Under the pieces are notes generated by a model. The model had not been told where the DNA came from and ran no database searches. It worked only from the letters and a program-made list of their open reading frames with translations. A program made the position numbers and the translations under genes. From an uncultured Candidatus Kuenenia sp. (GTDB taxonomy: Bacteria > Planctomycetota > Planctomycetia > Pirellulales > UBA1268): a stretch of DNA of 36,520 nt. Positions within the stretch are counted from its first letter, which is position 1. Every line of letters begins with the position of its first letter. The stretch is taken from positions 1-36,520 of the forward strand of contig CAYZHH010000001.1 in assembly GCA_964478275.1 (NCBI GenBank), read 5' to 3'. This document shows positions 26,641 to 35,265 of the stretch, one piece after another.

Positions 26641-28314
26641 ATGAGCAACGACGCGGGACACCAATCGACGGTGCCCGTAGGCGACCACCGGTCGCGGCGC
26701 TGGTGGTGCGACATCCGATGGATCACGGCAGGCGTCATCGTTGGAACCGTCGTTTTTCTGCTGTGGGGACTCTTTGGCCCCGAGGCGGCGATCCGAGTCT
26801 CGCGGGAGACGACCTACCTCACCGAGCCGCTCGCCGCCGACGGCTTGCCTGACTACCGCGCGGCGCTGCTCGCGATGGCCGGCCCCGCACCGCCGCCGGA
26901 GGAGAACGCAGCGGCCGCGCTGCTCCAGGTGTGCTGGCCGCTTGGGATCGATGATGCCGACTTGCCGAAAGTCTGCGCCGCCCTCGGGATTCCGAATGAG
27001 CCACCGGCGGACCGGCTCCGCGCCCCGGATGACGACGCTGCTTCCAAGGTTACCCATGAGATGTACTTCGCTGCTGGAGAGCGACCGTGGACAGGGGCGG
27101 ATCTTCCCGAGCTCGAAGCATGGCTCGTGAAGAACGAAGCAACGATTACTCAACTGGTGACGGCTTCAAAGCGGCCCCGATATTGGCTTCCGGAGCCATC
27201 GATGTTTCGCGCCGCAGAAAGCATGTTCGGATCATGGACGTTTGTGGATGTCGAATCGCGGCACGCGAGCACGATTCTGACGTGCCGGGCCATGTGGCAC
27301 ATCGGCGAGCGGCGATATGCCGACGCATGGCGGGATATTCACGCGATCTACCGGTTCGCTCGGCTGGTTGGGGATGCGAAGCGAGGCCCAACGACGCTCA
27401 TCACCGAGCTCATGACGGTTAGGATCGAAGCTACGGCTTCCGACACACTCACGGAGCATCTGCTCGCTCAGTCCGACCTTCCCAGGGACCTCCTTACCGA
27501 AATCATTCATGACCTGGATGGGCTCGGAACGCCTTCGGCGGCCTCCAATGCAGTCATGACGCAGCGGCTCGAGGTAATCGACACGCTGGTCTTCGTCGCA
27601 CGAGGGGCGGCTGGTGGACGCGCGGGGCGTTCGATCCTCGTCGAGGGTTGGGGCTCTCCCTCCCTTGGGATGCTGCTTCGCGTGAGCCTCGACTGGAACC
27701 GCGTGTTGAAGGAGATGAACGACGACTTTGACAGGATTCACGCCGCCTGGGAGCTCCCGACCTATGCGGATCGAAGGGTCAGAATGCGTCAGATCGCCAA
27801 TGATGCCGAGAGCGAATTCATGGTATCGATTCAGGGGTCTCAACTCGCCATGGGGCTCCTGAGTTGCGGGCGGCGAAGCGGGATCGTGGCCGCGCGGCTG
27901 CGTGCGAGGATCATCCCGTCATGGGTGTCGATCCTCAGCACAGTGACTCGGCGACGGGCACTCTTCGACTTGAGTCGCACGACGGTGGCACTCGCGGCGT
28001 GGCGGGCGGATCATGCTGGAGACGCTCCTGCGGTCTACCCTGAGCGTCTCGATGACCTCGTGCCGCAGTATCTTTCCGCCGTGCCGACCGATCCGTTCTC
28101 CGACAAGCCATTCATCTATGAGCGGAGAGGAAGCGGCTATCTCCTGGCGAGCGTTGGCGAGAACGGTGTCTACGATGGTGGCACCGATGAGGACGGGGAC
28201 ATCGTCAACGGTGAGTGGCAAGCAGAAAAACAGGATGTGTCCTACGACGCATGCGACCTCGTCGTCCGGATGCCCGTTCCCGAACGGCCATTCGTACCAT
28301 CGGAGTCGCCGTAG
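26641..28314 (+). CDS. Membrane-anchored hypothetical protein with a GspG(pseudopilin)-like C-terminal motif
   Basis: One N-terminal TM helix, RVSRETTYLTEPL..DG.PDY and a helical core. The C-terminus YPERLDDLVPQYLSAVPTDPFSDKPFIYERRGSGYLLASVGENGVYDGG resembles the T2SS-G tail. No prepilin cleavage motif was seen. Confidence 0.8.
   Translation: MSNDAGHQSTVPVGDHRSRRWWCDIRWITAGVIVGTVVFLLWGLFGPEAAIRVSRETTYLTEPLAADGLPDYRAALLAMAGPAPPPEENAAAALLQVCWPLGIDDADLPKVCAALGIPNEPPADRLRAPDDDAASKVTHEMYFAAGERPWTGADLPELEAWLVKNEATITQLVTASKRPRYWLPEPSMFRAAESMFGSWTFVDVESRHASTILTCRAMWHIGERRYADAWRDIHAIYRFARLVGDAKRGPTTLITELMTVRIEATASDTLTEHLLAQSDLPRDLLTEIIHDLDGLGTPSAASNAVMTQRLEVIDTLVFVARGAAGGRAGRSILVEGWGSPSLGMLLRVSLDWNRVLKEMNDDFDRIHAAWELPTYADRRVRMRQIANDAESEFMVSIQGSQLAMGLLSCGRRSGIVAARLRARIIPSWVSILSTVTRRRALFDLSRTTVALAAWRADHAGDAPAVYPERLDDLVPQYLSAVPTDPFSDKPFIYERRGSGYLLASVGENGVYDGGTDEDGDIVNGEWQAEKQDVSYDACDLVVRMPVPERPFVPSESP
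26750..26940 (+). repeat. Direct repeat copy 2 (partner 24833..25024)
   Basis: See copy 1. The offset between copies is 1917 bp. Confidence 0.92.
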
Positions 28315-28362
28315 GTGGCAGGCGGTAGAGATGCTGGGTTCGTTGGTAGGCCCCTTACCGGC

Positions 28363-28371
28363 TGGTAGACT
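28363..28371 (+). promoter_or_regulatory. Candidate extended -10 promoter upstream of the MoxR gene
   Basis: TG-G-TAGACT in the 110-bp gap before ATG 28426. Confidence 0.4.
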
Positions 28372-28425
28372 CCCGCGGCGGTCTTGGTCGCATTCCTTCA
28401 TCACCCTCACGATTGCTGCATTCCG

Positions 28426-29454
28426 ATGTCTGACCCCTCCGGCATGCAGCCGCTTTCTGAACAGCAGGCGGGGTTTGCCGCCGACACGATCGACAGTCTC
28501 AGGAAGGCACTCCAGAAAGTGCTCTTTGGCCAAGACGAATTGATCGCGATGGTGATCGTCGGCCTGCTCGCCAGCGGCCACATTCTGCTCGAAGGCCTGC
28601 CCGGCCTCGGGAAGACCGAGCTTGTGAAGGGGCTCTCGAAGGCGCTGGCCCTGTCGAGCAAGCGGGTGCAGTTCACGCCCGACCTCTTGCCGGGCGACAT
28701 CACCGGCAACCCCGTGCTCGAAGAGGCAGACGGTCGGCGGAAGTTTGTGTTCCAGCCTGGGCCCGTCTTTGCCAACATCCTTCTGGCCGACGAGATCAAC
28801 CGCGCGAGCCCCAAGACGCAGTCGGCGATGCTCGAGGCGATGCAGGAGCGGCGGGTGACGGTGATGGGCCAGACCCATCCGCTGCCCTCGCCGTTCTTTG
28901 TGCTCGCGACGCAAAATCCGATCGAGCTCGAGGGCACCTATCCGCTCCCCGAGGCGCAGCTCGACCGCTTCCTCTTCAAGCTCGACGTGAAGAGCAACGA
29001 CGTGGCGACCCTCGAGAAGATCGTGCTCAACCGGGAGATCGGCGTGGAGCCGCAGGTGTCGGCGGTGATGGACGCCGGGGCGCTCGACAAGCTGCTCGAC
29101 CAGGTCCGCCGCGTCTACATGCCCCCCACCGTGGCCAACTACATCGCCCGGCTCGTGCAGGCCACCTACCCCGGCGAACCACACGCGGGCGGCGTGAAGT
29201 TTGGCGCCTCGCCCCGCGCTGCCATCGCGCTTGCTTCCGCGGCCAAGGCCAGGGCCCTCTGTGATCGGCGGATCAACGCGGCCTATGAGGATGTGCGGGC
29301 GGTCGCGGCGCCGGTCCTCCGCCACCGGGTGATCCTCGACTACGGCGCGAAACTCGAAGGGCTCACGACCGATGCCCTCGTGGTGAGGCTGCTCGAGAAG
29401 GTGCCGGCCCAAGACAAACCCCTGCCATCGAGCCTCGCGGCCGCCAAGGTGTGA
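28426..29454 (+). CDS. MoxR-family AAA+ ATPase
   Basis: GHILLEGLPGLGKT, RVQFTPDLLPGDITG, GPVFANILLADEINRASPKTQSAMLEAMQE, ATQNPIELEGTYPLPEAQLDRF, GASPRA and VLRHR. Confidence 0.96.
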   Translation: MSDPSGMQPLSEQQAGFAADTIDSLRKALQKVLFGQDELIAMVIVGLLASGHILLEGLPGLGKTELVKGLSKALALSSKRVQFTPDLLPGDITGNPVLEEADGRRKFVFQPGPVFANILLADEINRASPKTQSAMLEAMQERRVTVMGQTHPLPSPFFVLATQNPIELEGTYPLPEAQLDRFLFKLDVKSNDVATLEKIVLNREIGVEPQVSAVMDAGALDKLLDQVRRVYMPPTVANYIARLVQATYPGEPHAGGVKFGASPRAAIALASAAKARALCDRRINAAYEDVRAVAAPVLRHRVILDYGAKLEGLTTDALVVRLLEKVPAQDKPLPSSLAAAKV

Positions 29455-29455
29455 G

Positions 29456-31222
29456 ATGGATCGCCTTGTCGCGTGTGTCGTTGTCGCGGGAATCTCGTTC
29501 GCGGCCGTCGGGCGTGCCGAGGTGGAAACAGTTTCCACGGACCCCGGCAGCGGGATCACGATCGAGGCCGAGGGCTGGGCGGGCCTCAACTCGCGGCCGA
29601 CGGGGCGTGATGTCGGCCTGATTCCCGTCACCGTCACGATCAGCAATGCCAGCGGCGTTGATCGCGTCTGGACGGTCGCGACGGATGACCGGTTTGGCCG
29701 ATGGACGGGTGTGGCACCCTCGGCGAGGATCGCCGTGCCCGCAGGGGCGACGGGCAAGACGACGCTTTTCGTCGGCATGGCTGATCGGTGGGGTGGCCAC
29801 CATCAGTTACAGATCTCCGGGCATGGCGTTCAAGGGTCGATCTACCTCGACTGCCGCACGGAGGAACAGGGGCATGGCGGCGCCGCGAGCCCCGCGCTGC
29901 TGCGAGCGGGGGTCTCCACAGAAGTGCAGGCCATTCAGGGCTACCCATTTGAAGATCTGCAGCGCTCGGGCAATCCGCTCGACATGGCGCAAGCACCGGA
30001 GGATTGGCGGGGATGGTCTGTCTTCCGCAATGTCATGCTCTCGGAAGGGGAATGGCGGGCGCTCGCCGGCGGACGCCGCAAGGCCATGCTCGACTGGGTC
30101 GCAACCGGTGGGCAGGCCGCCGTGATTGTGGCCGACGCCGCGGCCGAGCGGCTCGATGGCATGGGACTGCCCGCCGCTGGACCGGATGGCCGCCGGCGGA
30201 TCGGTGCCGGGGAAGTCGTGGTCATACGCTCTCAAGGCACGGGCCTCGATGCCAAGGGCTGGGGGCCGTTTCAGGCGAACGGTCGCGAGACGTTCGCGAG
30301 CCTTCTTGCGAGCTATCAGCCGGCGTCCTCGTCCAGCCGGGACTACGCGGGCGACGGCGGAAGCTGGGATCGTGGGTTTGGCCGGCTCGTCGAGGTGTTC
30401 GGCTCGCGGACGCTGCCGGTTGGCTGGATCCTCGGGTTCCTGACGCTCTTCGGGATCATCGCGGGGCCGCTCAACGTGATGGTCCTTGCTGGTGCGGGAA
30501 GGCGGTCACGCATGTTCTGGACGACGCCGCTCATCTCGCTTGCGGCCACCGCGTTTCTGCTCGCGCTCATGTTCCTGCGGGATGGTGTCGGCGGAGCCGG
30601 GGCCCGCCGCGTGCTCGCGCTGCTGGTGCCCGAACACAACGCGGTGGCGATCATCCAGGAGCAGTTCAGCCGGACGGGCGTCCTCCTCGGGTCGTCGTTT
30701 CCAATCGAGGAGCCGGCGTGGCTCCAGCCCATCGGCCGGAGCGATCAAAACGCGCAGCTCAGCGAGGTGGATGGCAGGATGCGGCAAGGGGATTGGTTCC
30801 GAAGCCGATCCGATCAGGCGTTTATCGCCACAGCCGTGCGGCCCTCGCGGGCCCGGATCGAGGTCGTGGGTGGGTCCGAAGCCGCGCCACCGGCGGTGAT
30901 TTCGAGCATCGAGGTGCCACTCGAGCGGGTGTTTGTCATCGACGAGGAGGGCCGCTACTGGACCGCTGCCGACGTGGGCACCGGCGAAAAGAAGCAACTC
31001 GTGGCAAGCGATGCCGACGCCTATGCCCGCTGGTTTGAGTCGCTCGTGGTCGATGCTGGGCCGGTCCGTGCTCAGGCGCTTACCCGCGTCAGGAAGGTGC
31101 GTGGCTATGCCTACGCGACCAGCAAGGACGCATCCAAGCTCGCCGTGCGGACGTTGGGATCGATCCGCTGGGTGGACGAGCGGGCAGATTTTGCCGGCCC
31201 GTTCACAAGGAGCAAGCCATGA
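29456..31222 (+). CDS. Hypothetical exported/membrane protein associated with the MoxR-ABC locus
   Basis: Signal peptide, a beta-rich N-domain, an alpha/beta segment (PEDWRGWS...MLDWVATGG), two TM helices (ILGFLTLFGIIAGPLN; FWTTPLISLAAT) and a soluble C-domain. Starts 1 bp after the MoxR stop and has an ATGA overlap with the ABC ATPase. Confidence 0.8.
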   Translation: MDRLVACVVVAGISFAAVGRAEVETVSTDPGSGITIEAEGWAGLNSRPTGRDVGLIPVTVTISNASGVDRVWTVATDDRFGRWTGVAPSARIAVPAGATGKTTLFVGMADRWGGHHQLQISGHGVQGSIYLDCRTEEQGHGGAASPALLRAGVSTEVQAIQGYPFEDLQRSGNPLDMAQAPEDWRGWSVFRNVMLSEGEWRALAGGRRKAMLDWVATGGQAAVIVADAAAERLDGMGLPAAGPDGRRRIGAGEVVVIRSQGTGLDAKGWGPFQANGRETFASLLASYQPASSSSRDYAGDGGSWDRGFGRLVEVFGSRTLPVGWILGFLTLFGIIAGPLNVMVLAGAGRRSRMFWTTPLISLAATAFLLALMFLRDGVGGAGARRVLALLVPEHNAVAIIQEQFSRTGVLLGSSFPIEEPAWLQPIGRSDQNAQLSEVDGRMRQGDWFRSRSDQAFIATAVRPSRARIEVVGGSEAAPPAVISSIEVPLERVFVIDEEGRYWTAADVGTGEKKQLVASDADAYARWFESLVVDAGPVRAQALTRVRKVRGYAYATSKDASKLAVRTLGSIRWVDERADFAGPFTRSKP

Positions 31223-32199
31223 CCGCTGTTGCTCCGGCCGCCGACACCGCTACTCCGCTTGTCGAGGTTCTCGGCCTCAACCGTGTGTTCGACGCGGTGC
31301 ATGCAGTGCAGGATCTCTCGTTCGCAATCCGCCGTGGCGCGGTGGTCGGCTTCATCGGCGCCAACGGGGCCGGCAAGACAACGACGATGCGGATCATGGC
31401 GACACTCGACGAGCCGACGTCGGGCCGGATCGTTGTCGATGGGCTCGACGTCGTCGAAGAGCCGGCGCGGGTCCGCAGGCTTGTCGGCTGGATGCCCGAC
31501 GCCTTCGGCACCTACCCCAACATGACCGTCTTTGAGTACCTCGACTTCTTCGCTCGCTCCTACGGCTTCACGCGATCGCAAAGGCGGGAACGGGTCGAAG
31601 AGGTCATGGACTTCGCCGACCTCACGCCGCTCGCCGACCGGCAGATGGCGAAGCTCAGCAAGGGCATGGGGCAGCGGCTCTGCTTCGGGCGGATGCTCAT
31701 TCCCGACCCCGAGTTCATGATCCTGGACGAGCCCGCCGCAGGGCTCGATCCGAAGGCCAGGCTCGAGTTCAAAAACCTCGTGCGGCTCCTGGCCGCCCGC
31801 GGCAAGACGCTCTTCATCTCGAGCCACATCCTGAGTGAGCTGGGCGAGATGTGCGATTCGCTCCTCTTCATCGACGGCGGCCGTCTCGTATTTCACGGCG
31901 ACGCCGAATCGCTCAGGCATGGCGTGCCTGGAAGCGGCGAGGCCGCCACGGTGATCGTCTCTGTGAACGTCGCGGGCGACCCTCGACCGCTCGTGGAGTG
32001 GGCCGAGACGAATCAGGGATGGAGCGTGCTCGAGGAGCGGCGAGACGGGGCGCGACTCGTCTGTGACTCAGGCGATCCGGCGCTCCTAGCCGACGGCCTG
32101 CGGAGGATGGTAGCCGCAGGCATCCCTGTGATCGAGTTCCGCCGCGAGCAGCGACGGCTCGAGGAGGCGTTTGTAGACATGGTGAAAGAGCGTCGCTAG
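31219..32199 (+). CDS. ABC-2-type exporter ATP-binding subunit
   Basis: Walker A GANGAGKTT, signature LSKGM, Walker B MILDEPAAGLDP, H-loop ISSHIL and C-terminal LEEAFV. Confidence 0.95.
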   Translation: MTAVAPAADTATPLVEVLGLNRVFDAVHAVQDLSFAIRRGAVVGFIGANGAGKTTTMRIMATLDEPTSGRIVVDGLDVVEEPARVRRLVGWMPDAFGTYPNMTVFEYLDFFARSYGFTRSQRRERVEEVMDFADLTPLADRQMAKLSKGMGQRLCFGRMLIPDPEFMILDEPAAGLDPKARLEFKNLVRLLAARGKTLFISSHILSELGEMCDSLLFIDGGRLVFHGDAESLRHGVPGSGEAATVIVSVNVAGDPRPLVEWAETNQGWSVLEERRDGARLVCDSGDPALLADGLRRMVAAGIPVIEFRREQRRLEEAFVDMVKERR

Positions 32200-32220
32200 T
32201 TCTGGGCAGGCGGCAGGCAC

Positions 32221-35200
32221 ATGAACATGGCGACGATCGCCTACTCGCGAACCAGGGCTCTGGCCAAGGGCTGGCCCGGCGACGATTTTCCAGCGTGGAT
32301 CTCGCCGATGCTCGTCAAGGAGCTGCGGCAGGGGGTGCAGTCGGGCGTCTTCTTCTGGACGTTCCTAGTTTTCCAGGTCGTGCTCTCGTTGCTCTTTTCG
32401 ATCCAGGTGCTCTCAGGGTCTGGCGGGTTCGACGCGTGGACCTGGCTTTTTTGGTTCGCTGCTGTTGTGGCTGTGTCGGTGATCGTGCCGCTACGCGGTC
32501 TCGGAGCGGTGAGTGGTGAACGGGTCGGCAATGGCCTCGATCTGCTGGCCCTCACGCGGCTCTCGGCCACGCGGATCGTGCTCGGCAAATGGACCGCGCT
32601 TGTCGCGCAGTCGGCGGTCGTGGCCGTCACGCTGCTGCCGTATTGCACGCTTCGCTACTTCTTCGGCGGTGTCGATGTGCTCACTGAACTGCGGGGACTC
32701 GGCTGGATCCTGGCTGCCGGAGCGGTTGTTGCGGCGGCGGCCGTGGCGCTGTCGACGCTCCACCTCGGTATTCGGATCGGGATCATCGTCGCGGCCGTCC
32801 CAGCGGCGTACATCGGGTTTGTCGGCATCATCATGGAGAGCCGCTCGGGGATGATGGCCCGGTGGTGGGCATGGTCACCCGGGCAGGGGTGGATCGTTGC
32901 GATCCTGGCCATCTACACATTCGCCCTGCTCGAGTTTGCGGCGGCGAGAATTGCACCGCCGGCAGAGAACCATGCGGCCCGCAAGCGGATCTTCGCGCTG
33001 ATCCTCGCGGCAGCGTGGCCGATCGTGGGATGGCTTGCCCCCTTGCCGGCAGCACTGCCCACGTTTCTCGCAACGGGACCGCTGCTCTTTTGCTACGCCG
33101 TGGGCGCGATGCTCGATCGGCCGAGCCGTGTCCGGACGGTGTTCCTGCCGTTTCGGAGAGCAGGGATAGCCGGTCGCGTCGCGGCCGCTGTATTCACGCC
33201 CGGCTGGGCATCGGGCCTCGTGTTTCTCGCGCTCGTGGCTGGCGCGTGCGGCGCGGGATTGGTCGGCGCCTTCGAGCGGTTTGCCCCGCAGAGTGAGCAG
33301 AGTGTGCCGCTGGCATTTGCGACGCTGCTGCTGGCAGCGATCGTGTTTCCGCTGCCAGTGACGTCGCGGCTCGCGCCGTTGCGAAACCCGCTCCTTGTGT
33401 ACTTCCTCTTGCAACTCATCTGTTTCATGACGTTCGTCTTCGCGAATGGGTTCAAGCCCTTTCACGAGCCGTGGGCGGAATACGAGACGGGCCGCATGGT
33501 GACACTTCCATTTCCACTCGGCGCAGCGTGCTGCCTGCTCGCGATGGGGCGGACCATGACGACATCGGCCCTGGAGGCCGCGGCGCTCGCCTCTACCGTT
33601 GCCGGCCTGATCGTGATCGGCGTCGTACTGATGGCGGTCGCGCGGTCCTGGCTTCGGGAATTCGCCGCCGTCGGCAGGCTCATCCGCGGCGATGAGCGTG
33701 AGAGCAGCCTGTGGAGATCGGCTGTTCGCGTCGCCCCTGTTGGTCGTGTCGCGGTCACTCAACCATGGGCCTGGCGGGGCGACGATTTTCCGGCGTGGCT
33801 GCCGCCGATGCTCGTGCGTGAGTCGCGTCAGGGGGTGCAGTCGGGCGTCTTCGCCTGGACATTCATCGGGATTCAGGGGGCCATGTTCGCGCTCATGACC
33901 TGGGCCGTGGGCACGTTCGGCGGTTCCATGGAAGGCTCCTATGCCCGCGACTTTTCCGCCTTCTTCTGGCTGGTGATTGCCGCGGCGATCGTCGTTGTGG
34001 TGCCGCTGCGTGGGCTCACGGCCGTGAGCGGCGAACGGGTGGGCAACAACCTCGACCTCGTCCGGCTCTCCCGGCTTTCGGCCACGCGGATCATCGTCGG
34101 CAAGTGGCTGGCAATCGCAGGGCAGGGGCTGCTCGTCACGGCGGCGCTGTTGCCCTATCTCGTGCTCCGGTATTTCCTCGGCGGTGTGAACGTCGTCGAC
34201 GATCTCGAGGCCTTTGGCTGGCTCGCCGTGGCCTCGTTGGCGGTGGCCGCCGCGGCAATCGCGCTTTCGACGCTGCCCCTGTGGATGCGGATTGCCACCG
34301 GCTTGGTGGCGGTAGTGGTTGGGTTCGTGCCGGCGGCTGAGCTCATGTCGGAAGTGATGTACGGCCGGCTCAGTTTCACAAGCCTCAGCGGTGTCGAGCG
34401 GCTTTGGATCGTGGCTGGGATCATCGTCTATACCGTGGCCTTCCTCGAGTACGCCAGCGCACGGATCGCCCCGCCGGCTGAAAACCACGCGGCCCGCAAG
34501 CGGCTCCTGGCCGTGGGCCTCGCGGCCACGTGGGCGATCGTGGGGATCTTTGGGTCGCAGGTCGCGGCGGGGACCACGTTCCTCGTGACGGCGCCGCTTG
34601 TGCTCTGCTACGCGATCGAGTCGCTCCTCGAGAAGCCGATGCCGATCGCGTCGCTCTATCGGCCGTTCAGGCGATGGGGCTTCATGGGCCGGATCGCGGC
34701 GGGCGTGTTCACACCGGGATGGGCCACGGCCGTGCCCTTCGTCGCGATCGTGGCCGGCCTCTGCATGGCCGGATGGCTGGGATGGTTTTCGGCGATGGTC
34801 GTGAGCGGCAGCGAACGATGGAACAGTTTCTGGATTGCCTCGGCCGTCGGTTGCCTCATTGCCGCCGCGGTGATCTATCCCCTGCCTGCACTTGTGTGGC
34901 TTCCGCGGAAGTGGCCACGACTTCGCGTCTACGCCCTCGTCCACATCGCCTGCTTTCTTGTGTTTGTCTACCTCGCCGCGATGGCCCCATCCGGCTCGTC
35001 TCAATCCTGGCGTGACTGGGGCGGTTGGGTGATCACGCTTCCGTTTCCGCTGGCGGCACTCCCCGCCTATCTGCAGTTTGGCTTTTTGGTTGACCTCGAG
35101 GCCTACGCGCTGACTTTCATCATCGCGGCCGCCGGCACGACGCTTGTCGTCCTCGCGACCGTGGCTGACCCCTGGCTCCGCGAGATCCGTGTGGTCATGC

Positions 35201-35265
35201 GGCTGATTGATAGCGAGCAGCGCGCGACCGGGACGGCCCTCTCACGACTGGGGCAGACGCGATGA
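32221..35265 (+). CDS. Polytopic ABC-2-type permease made of two fused paralogous ~500-aa modules
   Basis: W.GDDFPAW..PMLV.E.RQGVQSGVF.WTF, GERVGN.LDL..L.RLSATRI..GKW, RIAPPAENHAARKR and FTPGWA each occur twice. The first motif is at 32272 and 33772, exactly 1500 bp apart. Many TM helices. Confidence 0.85.
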   Translation: MNMATIAYSRTRALAKGWPGDDFPAWISPMLVKELRQGVQSGVFFWTFLVFQVVLSLLFSIQVLSGSGGFDAWTWLFWFAAVVAVSVIVPLRGLGAVSGERVGNGLDLLALTRLSATRIVLGKWTALVAQSAVVAVTLLPYCTLRYFFGGVDVLTELRGLGWILAAGAVVAAAAVALSTLHLGIRIGIIVAAVPAAYIGFVGIIMESRSGMMARWWAWSPGQGWIVAILAIYTFALLEFAAARIAPPAENHAARKRIFALILAAAWPIVGWLAPLPAALPTFLATGPLLFCYAVGAMLDRPSRVRTVFLPFRRAGIAGRVAAAVFTPGWASGLVFLALVAGACGAGLVGAFERFAPQSEQSVPLAFATLLLAAIVFPLPVTSRLAPLRNPLLVYFLLQLICFMTFVFANGFKPFHEPWAEYETGRMVTLPFPLGAACCLLAMGRTMTTSALEAAALASTVAGLIVIGVVLMAVARSWLREFAAVGRLIRGDERESSLWRSAVRVAPVGRVAVTQPWAWRGDDFPAWLPPMLVRESRQGVQSGVFAWTFIGIQGAMFALMTWAVGTFGGSMEGSYARDFSAFFWLVIAAAIVVVVPLRGLTAVSGERVGNNLDLVRLSRLSATRIIVGKWLAIAGQGLLVTAALLPYLVLRYFLGGVNVVDDLEAFGWLAVASLAVAAAAIALSTLPLWMRIATGLVAVVVGFVPAAELMSEVMYGRLSFTSLSGVERLWIVAGIIVYTVAFLEYASARIAPPAENHAARKRLLAVGLAATWAIVGIFGSQVAAGTTFLVTAPLVLCYAIESLLEKPMPIASLYRPFRRWGFMGRIAAGVFTPGWATAVPFVAIVAGLCMAGWLGWFSAMVVSGSERWNSFWIASAVGCLIAAAVIYPLPALVWLPRKWPRLRVYALVHIACFLVFVYLAAMAPSGSSQSWRDWGGWVITLPFPLAALPAYLQFGFLVDLEAYALTFIIAAAGTTLVVLATVADPWLREIRVVMRLIDSEQRATGTALSRLGQTR

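Noticed and set aside
27919-29778. Long antisense ORFs (also 12721..14061, 10199..11509, 20282..21439, 23361..24596, 32875..35004)
   Set aside because: They are shadows of well-supported genes. Such ORFs are expected in high-GC DNA and carry no recognisable motifs.
33692-33898. Separate start for the second permease module at ATG 33692
   Set aside because: It is out of frame with the GDDFP motif. As given, the sequence reads through as a single fused ORF.
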